In this document: positions 12,728 to 24,500 of the stretch, in pieces
How positions within the stretch are numbered: the stretch's first letter is position 1
How the letters are laid out: each line of letters begins with the position of its first letter
Assembly (NCBI RefSeq): GCF_964355755.1
Contig: NC_092670.1
Location: forward strand, 238,201 to 302,200
DNA length: 64,000 bases
Source: Antedon mediterranea
Taxonomy: Eukaryota > Animalia > Echinodermata
Direction of reading: 5' to 3'
Program-made: the position numbers and the translations under genes
Notes under the pieces: model-generated
The model's database searches: none
Told to the model about the DNA's origin: nothing
The model's input: only the letters and a program-made list of their open reading frames with translations

Positions 12728-14760
12728 TATACGCGTTTGTGATAAAACTCGATAAAGTGTCGATAGTTTAACTTTAGAATCCTACATGCAGAGATATTTT
12801 AAAGGTAATGCAGATATGATTCATTTCGTCATCTAAATTAAGTGGAACAACCAGACATCTAATCCTGAAAACTTTACACTGGGCCAATTACGTAATTTAT
12901 TAACTATAGATGGCGCTATCTTTGTTTTGTTTTTATTCCATGGGGAAAAGGACAAGTTAGATTAACTTTTTTCGAAATTTGCATTAAAACAAGAAAGACT
13001 AGAAAGTTTTTTTGCAAATGAGTTCTTTATAAAATGCTACAAAGCGGGTGATATTAAAGTCACGTAAATCGATTCAGTGAAAATAAAAATCTACCCGATT
13101 ACAATAACAGCACAATGGGAGAATGTTACGAGAAAAGTGATATACAAAGAGAATGTGTCTATTCCTATCATCAGTACATTCAAGTTTAATCAACTAATTA
13201 AAACATGATTTAATAATATCAGAAACGCTAGCCTAGCTGATTTTAGAAAAACGAAACATTTCCATGGTCTTGTCTGGTTCTTGGCAAATCTATTATTGGT
13301 CCTAGAATATCCACTGATAAAAGTAACTCCAGGAAATTACAAGAAATTTAATTATAATGTAGAAACAAAACTGTCTCGATCTTTATTAACAAGCTGCTGA
13401 TATAGAAACCAAGATATCAGACATTGTGTTAATTGTGGTTACATTTCAACGTTTTCGAAATGATAATTCACGGTGCTGTTTTTGGTTCATCGAAGTTTCC
13501 ACGTAATTTGTCTGTATTTATCGTAGGAGTTTTGTAATATATGGTTGTATTTTTATAGATGTGTAATTTTTGTTATTGTAATACAAACTGTTTTAGCTGT
13601 GTGCTATCGTTTTCCACTTACTTAGTAGAGACCATATTAAATTTTGTTTTTAATAACTTTAAATCTGATTTTCCAATATTACGGGAGAATAAAATCCTGT
13701 GCCATAATGGACATTTTACCTTTTACAGTATATATATAACAAAGCCATCTCGTTTAGGCCTATAGTCACGTGTCCATGCTGCGGGGGATAATTGCTTCAT
13801 ACCCTTTTAAGTAATTTTACACAAAGCTCCAAAATGTGGCAAAGTATAAAGACTATAAACCAATAAACAAAATATAGGTCGATACAAGTATTGTTTGATC
13901 TGATATTTGCCCACGACCACGTTGCTTAAGTTAATGGAAGTATTGGAGACCACAGCTATTTTAGACAATTGCGCGACCTATCACTTTGAAGATGTTGAAA
14001 TGGCGTGGTTTGCCAGCTGGTTCTTTAGTTGCAATTTAGTTAGATTTTAGAAACTAGTTTTAATAAAGCCAAATGTACAAACACGTAGGTTGATTGCCTC
14101 GAATACTTGCATTCTCTTTCAGACGACATTGTGCAGACCGTACCCAAAGAATTGGCCGCCGCAACCCCTCGGGCATTTTAACCGCCAAAATACAAGTATA
14201 GGAAATAGGATCGTGTAATATGGAAACGTTGTTGAACTTCAATTTTGTATTATTGTTCCCTTTCGTTATTGTTTCTGTTTAATGTCAACAGCTAAAGAAT
14301 GACAACATCAAAGTGTAGAAGCCTGTTGAATTCAGTGTTTCGTCGTAATTCTTCACGATTACAAAACCATAGGAATATCTATCGCATAACGAGATTGTGA
14401 TAATATAAACGATTATACATGATACTACAACTTGTACTGTAATATTGACGAGTACTATAATAGATATTGTATACAATAATATTCATAGCAGCATATTGAA
14501 AAAGAGGAAAAAGGATAGGCATACAATACCAATGTATGGAGAGAAATAATGACTTTTTAAGATTTTAAAAAAAAGTTTTTTTTTTAAACAAATTGCTTTT
14601 TTAAAAGCTATTTTTTAAAGCCCCATTCCCTACGTTTTTTAGATCTAATTTAAGATCACAAACTATATTTAATGTAAAAATAATACTATATGATCCTATT
14701 GCGATAACTTTTTTCGTCTTTAAACGGTTAAAAATGTGAAAAATAAGTCGATTCTAATAA

Positions 14761-14797
14761 TTATAGCGGCCCGCTATAAATCCCAAAATGCATTGCG
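14761..14797 (+). promoter_or_regulatory. ZNF143/STAF-like site overlapping a perfect palindrome, upstream of FTCDNL1
   Basis: GCTATAAATCCCAAAATGCATTGCG resembles the SBS consensus ACTACAnnTCCCAnAATGCAnnGC. TTATAGCGG-C-CCGCTATAA is a 9-bp inverted repeat. Confidence 0.5.
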
Positions 14798-15460
14798 CGT
14801 GGATTGATATTTTTGTTTTTCACCTGTAATTCGCCCACTTTTCGATCGATCGTGAGGCCAAAACAAATGGAAGACTCCTAACTTTTCAGCGAAAATACCG
14901 GGTTTTCCCCAATTTGTATCAACGGAGTCTGGCAAAAATAGAAAGACAATTAATGTAGCAAATATACAACGTCAGGCTAGGTATATAGGTAGCGTACGAT
15001 GTTCGTACGTTACCGATGTTTACCAGCTAGGCCTACAAAACTAAGCCTAGCTAGCTAGGCTAGGCCTAAGACCGTCCACGAGAGGTCGATCGCCGCGAGC
15101 TACTTAGGTAGTGCATTGTTTCTCACTTTTTATCATAATTTACCATAAAACGTACATTTAAGACAAGGAATGACATGGTTTAATGTTTTTAAAGTGATAT
15201 ATATGTATTATTTTCCAAAAAACGTCCAAAATTGCAGGGAAGGGGTCTTTAAATGGTAAATATCGACATTTTTGGAAACTTTGATTCCCCGCAAACTAAT
15301 TCTAGAGTCACATTTGATTTGTCATTCGGTTAAATTACCGTCATTTTACGTATGCATTGCACGCCTCGATGGCTCGCACTTTGGCAAACGCTCAAAAAAA
15401 TATAGAGGGCGAGATATTATTCTCGAGGTACTCGTACTTGGCGTAGACAAGCTGACTTAT

Positions 15461-16929
15461 ATGGCAGCAACCACCAGAAAGTTAGCAGCCTGTTTATTAA
15501 ATGTATCTGAAGCTAACAAGAACATTGTTGAAAGTATAGCTGAGAGTGCAACAAGTGTGTCTCAAGATAATGGTAAATAGCCGTAAAATTGAAATGCTAG
15601 ATAGGCCTAGGTTAATAAGCTTAATTTGACGTATTATATGGGATAGAAAAGAATAATCCCAGTTGTAAATAGAGGGCAGGCCAATACCAGTACAGTACTG
15701 TATTTTACCATGGAACTATAATGTTAGTTCCATGATTTTACATATTGTATTGATTTTCAACAATGTTTATTACAATACCAAACTATTTGTCTTCTTTTGT
15801 TACGTACATAGGTACATGTTCATCCACCGTGCTCAACATTTTCAATGATAAAGATTACAACCGTTCAGTGATAACAATTGCAGCGCCTTTACATCACTTG
15901 GCAGATTCAGTTTATAATGCTTGTCGGTCAGCTTTTGACCATATAAATCTGACCAATCATAGAGGAAGGCATCCAAGACTTGGTGCTGTAGACCTTGTCC
16001 CGATACATCCATTGTCAGACGATGGCAGTTTGGAAGAGTGTGGAGTTGTTGCTAAAGGTAAAAACACAGTTAAAACGCATAAATAGAATATGCCACTCTG
16101 GTTTCATCAATCTATATTTGTTTTCAGATGTAAATTTTAATATTAATTTTCTTGACACAGAAATTGCAAACAGAGTAGCAGTTGGTGTTCCTGGCACATC
16201 TTTCTTCTTGTTTGGTGCAAGTGATCATCAGAATCGAGGGTTGGTTCAACGAAGAAAAGATGTAGGATGGTATGGGGGTAAATTTGGGATAAACTATGAT
16301 ACGCTAAAGCATGACATCGGGGAAAATCCTACATCTAGATATGGTTTAACAGGTAAGAACATTAATTACAAACAGTAGAGAGTTTGTGCATTATTTTTAG
16401 ATCTAGGTATGGCATACATTGTTAAAAGGTGAGTGTGGGTAGTCTCAATCAATGCAGATCATTTTGTAAATAACAGAATGGAATTAATAGGTGATCTGCA
16501 CTGTGTGATCACCTATTTATTATAAGTTAATTCATTGCAGGTATAGGTGGATCTCCATATGTTATGAACTTTAATGTTACAATTGATTCTAAGGACTTAA
16601 AGATTGGTCGTGACATTGCATCACAAATACGGGCAACAGCACCTTGTGGACTCCCTGGTGTCCAATCTATGGCATTTGAACATGAAGGTCGTATAGAAAT
16701 AGCTTGTAATGTTGAATCAATATGGAATGTATTGCTCAATAAGTATTTGTACACAGAGGCAGCAACACTGAAAGATCTTGTAGAAAGGTTATCGGGAGAG
16801 AGAGGTGTAAAACTATTTGGAAGTGCTCTAGTAGGATTCAGTCCACAAGAGGCATTGCAACTAACTCGGATTGCATTGGAAACTGGACAAAATCAGTTTT
16901 GGAAAACAAGAACTATAAAAATGATGTGA
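15461..16929 (+). CDS. FTCDNL1: Formiminotransferase N-terminal subdomain-containing protein (FTCDNL1/FONG-like), 4 exons
   Basis: Exons 15461-15572, 15812-16057, 16161-16352 and 16541-16929 join in frame with GT-AG introns. Motifs LAACLLNVSEA, VLNIFNDKDYNRSVITI, HPRLGAVDLVPIHPL, LVQRRK, GIGGSPYVMNFNVTIDS and HEGRIEIACNVES match FTCDNL1 as I recall it. Confidence 0.92.
15702..15741. mobile_element. Minimal palindromic insertion / P-element-like excision footprint with 7-bp TSD
   Basis: ATTTTAC-CATGGAACTA-TAATGT-TAGTTCCATG-ATTTTAC. Confidence 0.6.
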
Positions 16930-16935
16930 TCTGTT

Positions 16936-17188
16936 AACCCACCATGCCTAAACAAGATTTTAATCCATAATTAGAACAGTCGATTGAACCCACCATGCAT
17001 AAACAAGATTTTAATCCATAAATAGAACAGTCGATTGAACCCACCATGCCTAAACAAGATTTTAATCCATAAATAGAACAGTCGATTGAACCCACCATGC
17101 ATAAACAAGATTTTAATCCATAAATAGAACAGTCGATTGAACCCACCATGCATAAACAAGATTTTAATCCATAAATTGAACAGTCGAT
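16936..17188. repeat. 51-bp minisatellite x~5 directly after the FTCDNL1 stop
   Basis: AACCCACCATGCATAAACAAGATTTTAATCCATAAATAGAACAGTCGATTG units. Confidence 0.95.
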
Positions 17189-17478
17189 GGACTTGAAGAT
17201 AAATAAGACAAAGAATAAGGTGTTATGTTGAATTGTATTAATATTCTTTTAAATAGTACTTGGAAATAAATTTCCACATGATTTATATTTACATATTTTT
17301 ACAAAATAATTCTTTATTTGCCATTCATCTAGTTCATTGTATAAATGCCTAAGACAGTCTCCACCCGGTCATTTATTAAAGTTGGATATAAGGTTTTACA
17401 ACTATGTTTTTAAAGTTCTTTGTGCTGATGGTAGTGCTAACTTCTTTGTGCTGATGGTACAGTAGTACCAAGACCTTT

Positions 17479-19239
17479 TTACAGGCTTCCACCGCTTGGC
17501 TTGGGTTTTCTGATGAACACTTTCTTAAAACCCTCGCGTTCCTTGATTCGTTCCACGTACTCAACTAACACTGGATATTCCTGTAAAATGGCGCCACTGC
17601 GTATCACTGATGCCCACCACATATTATAACCAAGAACACAATCTGCTGTAGTAAACCTGAAACAGTAATTGTATAGTGATTTAGCTTTAACGGAAATAAG
17701 ACAAAGAGAAGTGTTTACTGTACTCTGTACTAATCATTTACCCGAGGCAGAGTAAACAGGAGGCTACAGTGTGTTCGATATCAACTTTTTTTTACCTGTC
17801 GCCACATATGTATTGTCTCTTTTCCAGAACAGTCGACAAGTAGGTAGCAATTTCTTTAAACTTGGCCATCATCTTGTCCACTAACACGTTGTCTCTCTGA
17901 TCCTCTGGAGTATGTGTTAACTGCATGTAGAGTGGTTCCAAAACTGGATCAATGGTGGCTATTGCATAACATATCCAGCTGTATAAATAATAAACACAAT
18001 GTTATACAGTACTTTAAATAATGTGAGATTTATTTTGGTTAGTCTTAACAATACGTACTTGTAATATTCTGCCCTTTGCAAATAATGTGGAGATAGGCCA
18101 CCAAATAGGTCAGCAAGATACATGCAGATTGCAGATGATTCAATGATTGTGATGTCATTATCAAGCTTTAAGGCTGGGATGGTTCCATGTGGATGTACAG
18201 TTTTCTTGTAATGTTCCATATCGGTCATATTCTCACCGTGAAGAGAAACCTTCTCCATTTGTATTTTGTTCTCAATCCCCAATTCTATTTTAATATTTCA
18301 ATAAAAAGATCAGACATAAAGATAAACTTAGTAATAGTATCTCCAATTATTACATTACACCATAAACCTTGATAATTTACCTTGAACAAGCCAGGCACAT
18401 CTAGACGAGCGAAATGGATAACTATGGTAAAGCACGATACCAGTAAGTTGTTTGGCATTCCTGTATCTCCTGTACAGTGCAAGGCTACCAAGTGCAAGTA
18501 CTGCGCCACCTCCAAGTGTTACACACAAACAAATAATTGCTGTTTTTCTAAATGGTGCATACCAACGCATGCCATTATACACCATAGAATACCACCGCAT
18601 AACCGTTTATTAATTGGAATTTGGAAACAAGCATTAACTTTTAGTTTTATTTGTTTTACGCGCATGTGAGATGAGACTGTACTTTACAAAAGTTGTACTT
18701 GTTTGTACTGTACTTATTTTGAGAGGTCAATACTAATATAGAGGGCAGTATTTTTGTCATGCATGGACGCACACAAAACACAATAGTAAAAACTGAAATT
18801 CATAAACTTTTACTATTGTAATAATTTCCATTAATAAAAATAATAAATGTATAATTTATTTTGTCTTGATTTGAATATTCTAACACATATTGCACAATTT
18901 CTTTAAAACAACATACATGGTTAAACTGATTTTAATAACTCTAGGCCTACTCGCCTAGGCCCTAGCTTGAAAAAAAAATTAATAAACAGGGGAATTTGAC
19001 TTTGAGATGACTCGGCCTGTAGTGTACGTGTTGGCCTACGTACCGGAAATAAGCCAGGCACATCTTGATGATCGGAATGGAAAACTATGATAGAGAACCA
19101 TCCTACGAGGCCGCCTGGCCTTTCTTCTATATCTCCTAGCGAGTGCTAGGCTGCCTAGTGCAAGAACGGCTCCACCTCCAATAGCCGCACACAGTCCAAT
19201 AACTGTTGTGTTCACTACATCAGCTGTTACTCCTGCCAT
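17479..19239 (-). CDS. Glutathione S-transferase, GTT1-like, with N-terminal signal-anchor; isoform A (exons 19239-19044, 18284-18059, 17978-17796, 17656-17479)
   Basis: Spliced product: TM segment, then MVLYHSFPFRSSRCAWLISELG...VHPHGTIPAL...IIESSAICMYLAD (GST N-domain with cis-Pro and ES motif) and ...QYICGDRFTTADC...EYPVLVEYVERIKEREGF (GST C-domain with N-capping box). All introns are GT-AG and phase-compatible. Confidence 0.85.
18381..18600 (-). CDS. Alternative (duplicated) first coding exon B of the GST gene
   Basis: MRWYSMVYNGMRWY...GGGAVLALGSLALYRRYR...IVLYHSYPFRSSRCAWLVQ is paralogous to exon A. It has an intact ORF and a phase-1 GTAAAT donor that splices in frame to 18284. Confidence 0.75.
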
Positions 19240-19834
19240 GTTTCGATAAATATACCTCAACTTTCCAATTTCACACACAACAAACACACATCATGCTGTA
19301 CGTTAGGGGGCGCTAAACATAATAATGCAATTAGTATTTTTACTGTGCGTTTGAGATATATTATATTTTTTAGATAATTATAAATAGTTCATTTATTCAC
19401 TTTGACCAAAAATTGGATCTTAAAAAAAATACATGATTGAAAGACTGCAAAGCAAAAAATAGTTCAAATTGGCCAACTGCAAAGTCTGATAAATTAATAT
19501 TAATGTTTTGGGGGACAATACATCTTTAGGAGTTCTATACAAAGACAAACCAGAGTCCTATATGGTAGTTGATGCTGAATATTAATTTATTCCATTCCAC
19601 AATATTTCTGTAATTTCATGATTGTTTCTACGAAATATTAAATGCTCTCCATATACAGTCATCATTACTTACTTATTATTTCACAGTCATTTCAGTATAC
19701 CAGTGCATTAGTTATGCTTACTGGCAGCAACTTAGATGCTTTATAACTTAAACAATTTCTACTGATAAAAAGAAGCGCACATAAAAAACGTAACGCAGCC
19801 ATTTCCACGGTCAAATATAAATGTGGTCCTTAAG

Positions 19835-20152
19835 ACACAGGCTGCTAAATTCTTTAAAACATTACAGTATTTTATTATGCATTTAATACACAGGCTGCTA
19901 AATTCTTTAAAACATTACAGTATTTTATTATGCATTTAATACGCAGGCTGCTAAATTCTTTAAAACATTACAGTATTTTATTATGCATTTAATACACAGG
20001 CTGCTAAATTCTTTAAAACATTACAGTATTTTATTATGCATTTAATACACAGGCTGCTAAATTCTTTAAAACATTACAGTATTTTATTATGCATTTAATA
20101 CACAGGCTGCTAAATTCTTTAAAACATTACAGTATTTTATTTTGCATTTAAT
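19835..20152. repeat. 53-bp minisatellite x6
   Basis: ACACAGGCTGCTAAATTCTTTAAAACATTACAGTATTTTATTATGCATTTAAT units. Confidence 0.95.
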
Positions 20153-20280
20153 CATGAATTTGTAAACATATATTAAAATTCTATATCTATATTTAAAAAT
20201 TAGAAAAATTGTCCATTTACGTTTAAAATTCATTGCACTGCTATAATATTTAATTTAAATATAAAAATCAAATATTTGAT

Positions 20281-20472
20281 GCATAATTATACCACTTACA
20301 TAATAACAATTCTATATCTGTAAACACAATTTGTATGAAATATAGCATAATTATACCACTTACATAATAACAATTCTATATCTGTAAACACAATTTGTAT
20401 GAAATATAGCATAATTATACCACTTACATAATAACAATTCTATATCTGTAAACACAATTTGTATGAAATATA
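20281..20472. repeat. 64-bp tandem repeat x3
   Basis: GCATAATTATACCACTTACATAATAACAATTCTATATCTG... repeated three times. Confidence 0.93.
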
Positions 20473-20653
20473 AATCTAATATTTAAACTATTTAATTTTG
20501 AAATTGCAAATTTCTCTCACTAACCAGGAACTCTATCACATTCATGGAACTGCAAATTGCATTGTTAATTGCGGTCAAGGTGCACTCAAAACCTTTTTTC
20601 CAGCAAACCATTTTTTTGCACATGTGTATGAAATAAAGTATTATATGCATTTT

Positions 20654-21495
20654 AATTCCACCAATAAAAAGAATGGAATCGGTGCTCACTTAAATGATAC
20701 TAATTCCACCAATAAAAAGAACAGAATCGGTGCTCACTTAAATGATACTAATTCCACCAATAAAAAGAACAGAATCGGTGCTCACTTAAATGATACTAAT
20801 TCCACCAATAAAAAGATTGGAATCAGTGCTCACTTAAGTGATAATAATTCCACCAATAAAAAGAAAAAAATCAGTACTAACTTAAATGATAATAATTCCA
20901 CCAATTAAAAGAACAGAATCGGTGCTCACTTAAGTGATAATAATTCCACCAATAAAAAGAACTGAATCGGTGCTCACTTAAGTGATAATAATTCCACTAA
21001 TAAAAAGAACAGAATTGGTGCTCACTTAAGCAATAATAATTGCACCAATAAAAAGAACAGAATCGTTGCTCACTTAACTGATAATAATTCCACCAATAAA
21101 AAGAACAGAATCGGTGCTCACTTAGGTGATAGTAATTTCACCAATAAAAAGAACAGAATTGGTGCTCACTTAAGCAATAATAATTGCACCAATAAAAAGA
21201 ACTGAATCGGTGCTCACTTAAGTAAAAATAATTCCAACAATAAAAAGAACAGAATCGGTGCTCACTTAACTGATACTAATTCCACCAATAAAAAGAACAG
21301 AATCGGTGCTCACTTAACTGATAATAATTCCACCAATAAAAAGAACTGAATCGGTGCTCACTTAAGTGATAATAATTGCACCAATAAAAAGAACAGAATC
21401 GGTGCTCACTTAAGTGATAATAATTCCACCAATAAAAAGAACTGAATCGGTGCTCACTTAAGTAAAAATAATTCCACCAATAAAAAGAACTGAAT
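20654..21495. repeat. 48-bp minisatellite x~17.5 in the probable ABCA3 3'UTR
   Basis: AATTCCACCAATAAAAAGAACAGAATCGGTGCTCACTTAAGTGATAAT units; source of the spurious ORF 20498..20908. Confidence 0.95.
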
Positions 21496-21559
21496 GCTAC
21501 CGCATACTAGAATTGGCAAATCTTACACAAAATCAATAGAGTGAATTTGTAGGTTTTGT

Positions 21560-24500
21560 TCAATCATCTTCTTCGCGTTGATAACGTGCAAAATTAAGAA
21601 AGACCTGCTCTAACGTTGTCTGACTCACAGAATAGTCTTCAATGTTGTATTGTAACTTGGCTTTCTCCATTGTACCAAACACAAACGCCCAACTTAAATT
21701 GGAATTGCATACATGGTAATGTACTAAGCCCACATGCTCATCTTTAAGTTTGCTACCTGTGGTCAGAAAAATAATAATATACTGTTTATATTGCTATTAA
21801 TTTCATGTAATAAAAGGTTATCACATATCAATTGCAATCAGTTTTCTTTATTTTATTTCAACAACATTTGAAGAGGGTGGTCCATCCAGCTTAAGCTGAA
21901 GTTTGACTCGCAATACAATCTTGTGCGTAACAAACTAACCTGGAAATTTTTCTTCTATAAACATCTTCAACTGATGTACATTTTGTCCATCATCATCTGG
22001 GGAAACCTTGGCTAGTAGTGTGTAGCCCTCTCCAAAGCGACTTTTTAAATGTTGGATGCTACCGAGGCATTTGAACTTGCCATTGACCATTATTGCAAGA
22101 CGGGTACACAAGGCTTCACACTCATCCATGCTATCAATAAGAAATTAAACAGTTCCATTTTTATTATATATTATTACTGATGCTTCATATTCTCACTTGT
22201 TCTTATTATTTTGTGTAACCATGTTAAAGGGCTTTTATTATATATTATTACTGATGCTTCATATTCTTGTTCTTATTATTTTTTGTTACCATGTTAAAGG
22301 GCCAACTGAGACAAGTTTACTTCTAGGTTGGTCCTCATTTTATGCGCTGTATTATTTGTATGGCATTTGATGAAATAAATGTTTGTTGAATTTTTATTTA
22401 GTTGTAATTAAATTACATAGTTTTTAAATAGACGATTTGGAGGAGGGGAGGGAGATGACATGTCCATGTCCAAGGATTGAAAGCTGAAATATAACCTATC
22501 TTTAATAACAACAACTTATTACCTGTGTGATGTTAGTATGATTGAGCGTCCAGATGCTCGAACCTTGCAGATTGAATCCCAGAGAAATCGACGTGTACCA
22601 GGATCCATACCAGTAGAGGGCTCATCAAGGAATACCACAGAAGGATCCCCTATCAAGGCGATCGCTGTACTCAACTTGCGTTTGTTGCCTCCACTGTAAT
22701 CAACAAAATATAAATTGGATTCAAAATGTGCGGTAATCTTCTAACCCTAACCTATTCTATATTTTATTATTATTTCCCAGTTTTGTCAATTTTGTTTTAA
22801 AAAGTTGGTTTTAGGATTAATGCCAAATTTTGTTTCAAAAAGTTTAGAATCTAACCTGTAAGCTTTAGTCTGTTTATCAGCATGTTCATCAAGGTTGAAT
22901 AGGTGTAATAGTTTGTTAACTTCTTTTGGTATCACAGACTCTGGTAAACCACGTAGTCTACCATACATGACAAGAGTTTCGCGACCCGTCATCTGATCAA
23001 TTAACGCATCAAATTGAGGGCAGTAACCAATATTCTGTTGCACCTAATACATTGATAAATAATACAATTGAAAATGTTAAAAGTATTTGTGGTTCCAACC
23101 TATTAACAGGGGATCCAGCATTATAGATTAGGGGGGAGGGGGCTAAATATTTCATAAATAATAAAAACGATCCATCAGGTTGCAGAAATATAAAAATAGT
23201 CATCATTTTATTTTAAAAGTTAAATTTTAAAGCCTGTTTAGCCTCCGCCTAAATCCGCACCTGAAATGCATCGAACAAATAGAGTTTAAATATATCTGAA
23301 TGACAAGAAAGGATTGACTACTTACTTGATTTATATTGTATTTGACACTAAACCGCTCAATGTAAGCATCACCATTTGAGATTGGTACATCACCTGTTAG
23401 CATGTTAAAAGTGGTGGACTTGCCTGCACCGTTAATACCAAGCAAACCAAAGCATTCTCCTAGTGGAACACCAAGGCACATATTGTCAACAGCTACCACA
23501 CTCTGCCCTCCTTTCTTGGGGTATACTTTTCGCAGCTCTTTTATTATGAGTGCATCAGTGTTCTGAAGGTCTGTGAGATCTGTATTTACGATACGTTGTT
23601 GTTCAGTCATTACATCTTCATCCTAAATTGTGTGAAAAATAAATCAAAAATACTTAATCAAAAATTTTCAAAAAGTGATAATAAAAATAGCTCTATTTTT
23701 TAGTGTGAAATGCACAAAGGATGTCCTCCACTGGTAAGTTAACAAATAACTTCATACCTCCACTACACTCTCTGTGTTTACTGCCTGATACATTTTTATA
23801 AGTTATCAATAACAAACAACTTCATACCTCCACTACACTCTCTGTGTTTACTGCCTGATACATTTTTATAAGTTATCAATAACAAACAACTTCATACCTC
23901 CACTACACTCTCTGTGTTTACTGCCTGATACATTTTTATAAGTTATCAATAACAAATAACTTCATACCTCCACTACACTCTCTGTGTTTACTGCCTGATA
24001 CATTTTTATAAGTTATCAATAACAACTTCATACCTCCACTACACTCTCTGTGTTTACTGCCTGATACATTTTTATAAGTTATCAATAACAAACAACTTCA
24101 TACCTCCACTACACTCTCTGTGTTTACTGCCTGATACATTTTTATAAGTTATCAATAACAAACAACTTCATACCTCCACTACACTCTCTGTGTTTACTGC
24201 CTGATACATTTTTATAAGTTATCAATAACAAACAACTTCATACCTCCACTACACTCTCTGTGTTTACTGCCTGATACATTTTTATAAGTTATCAATAACA
24301 AACAACTTCATACCTCCACTACACTCTCTGTGTTTACTGCCTGATACATTTTTATAAGTTATCAATAACAAATAACTTCATACCTCCACTACACTCTCTG
24401 TGTTTACTGCCTGATACATTTTTATAAGTTATCAATAACAAACAACTTCATACCTCCACTACACTCTCTATGTTTACTGCCTGATACATTTTCATAAGTT

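Noticed and set aside
13880-14220. Possible small gene between netrin and FTCDNL1
   Set aside because: Only short frames and an isolated acceptor; no recognisable protein or consistent exon chain.
15272-15460. N-terminal extension of FTCDNL1 in the ORF track
   Set aside because: Starts at a non-ATG codon; homology begins at ATG 15461.
17479-17490. Peroxisomal PTS1 at the GST C-terminus
   Set aside because: Ends in -GSL, which does not match the (S/A/C)(K/R/H)(L/M) consensus.
20498-20908. Asn/Lys-rich 136-aa ORF
   Set aside because: Translation of the 48-bp array.
23105-23262. hAT-like MITE (CAGGGGATCC...AAATCCGCACCTG)
   Set aside because: TIRs too degenerate and no TSD or second copy to support it.
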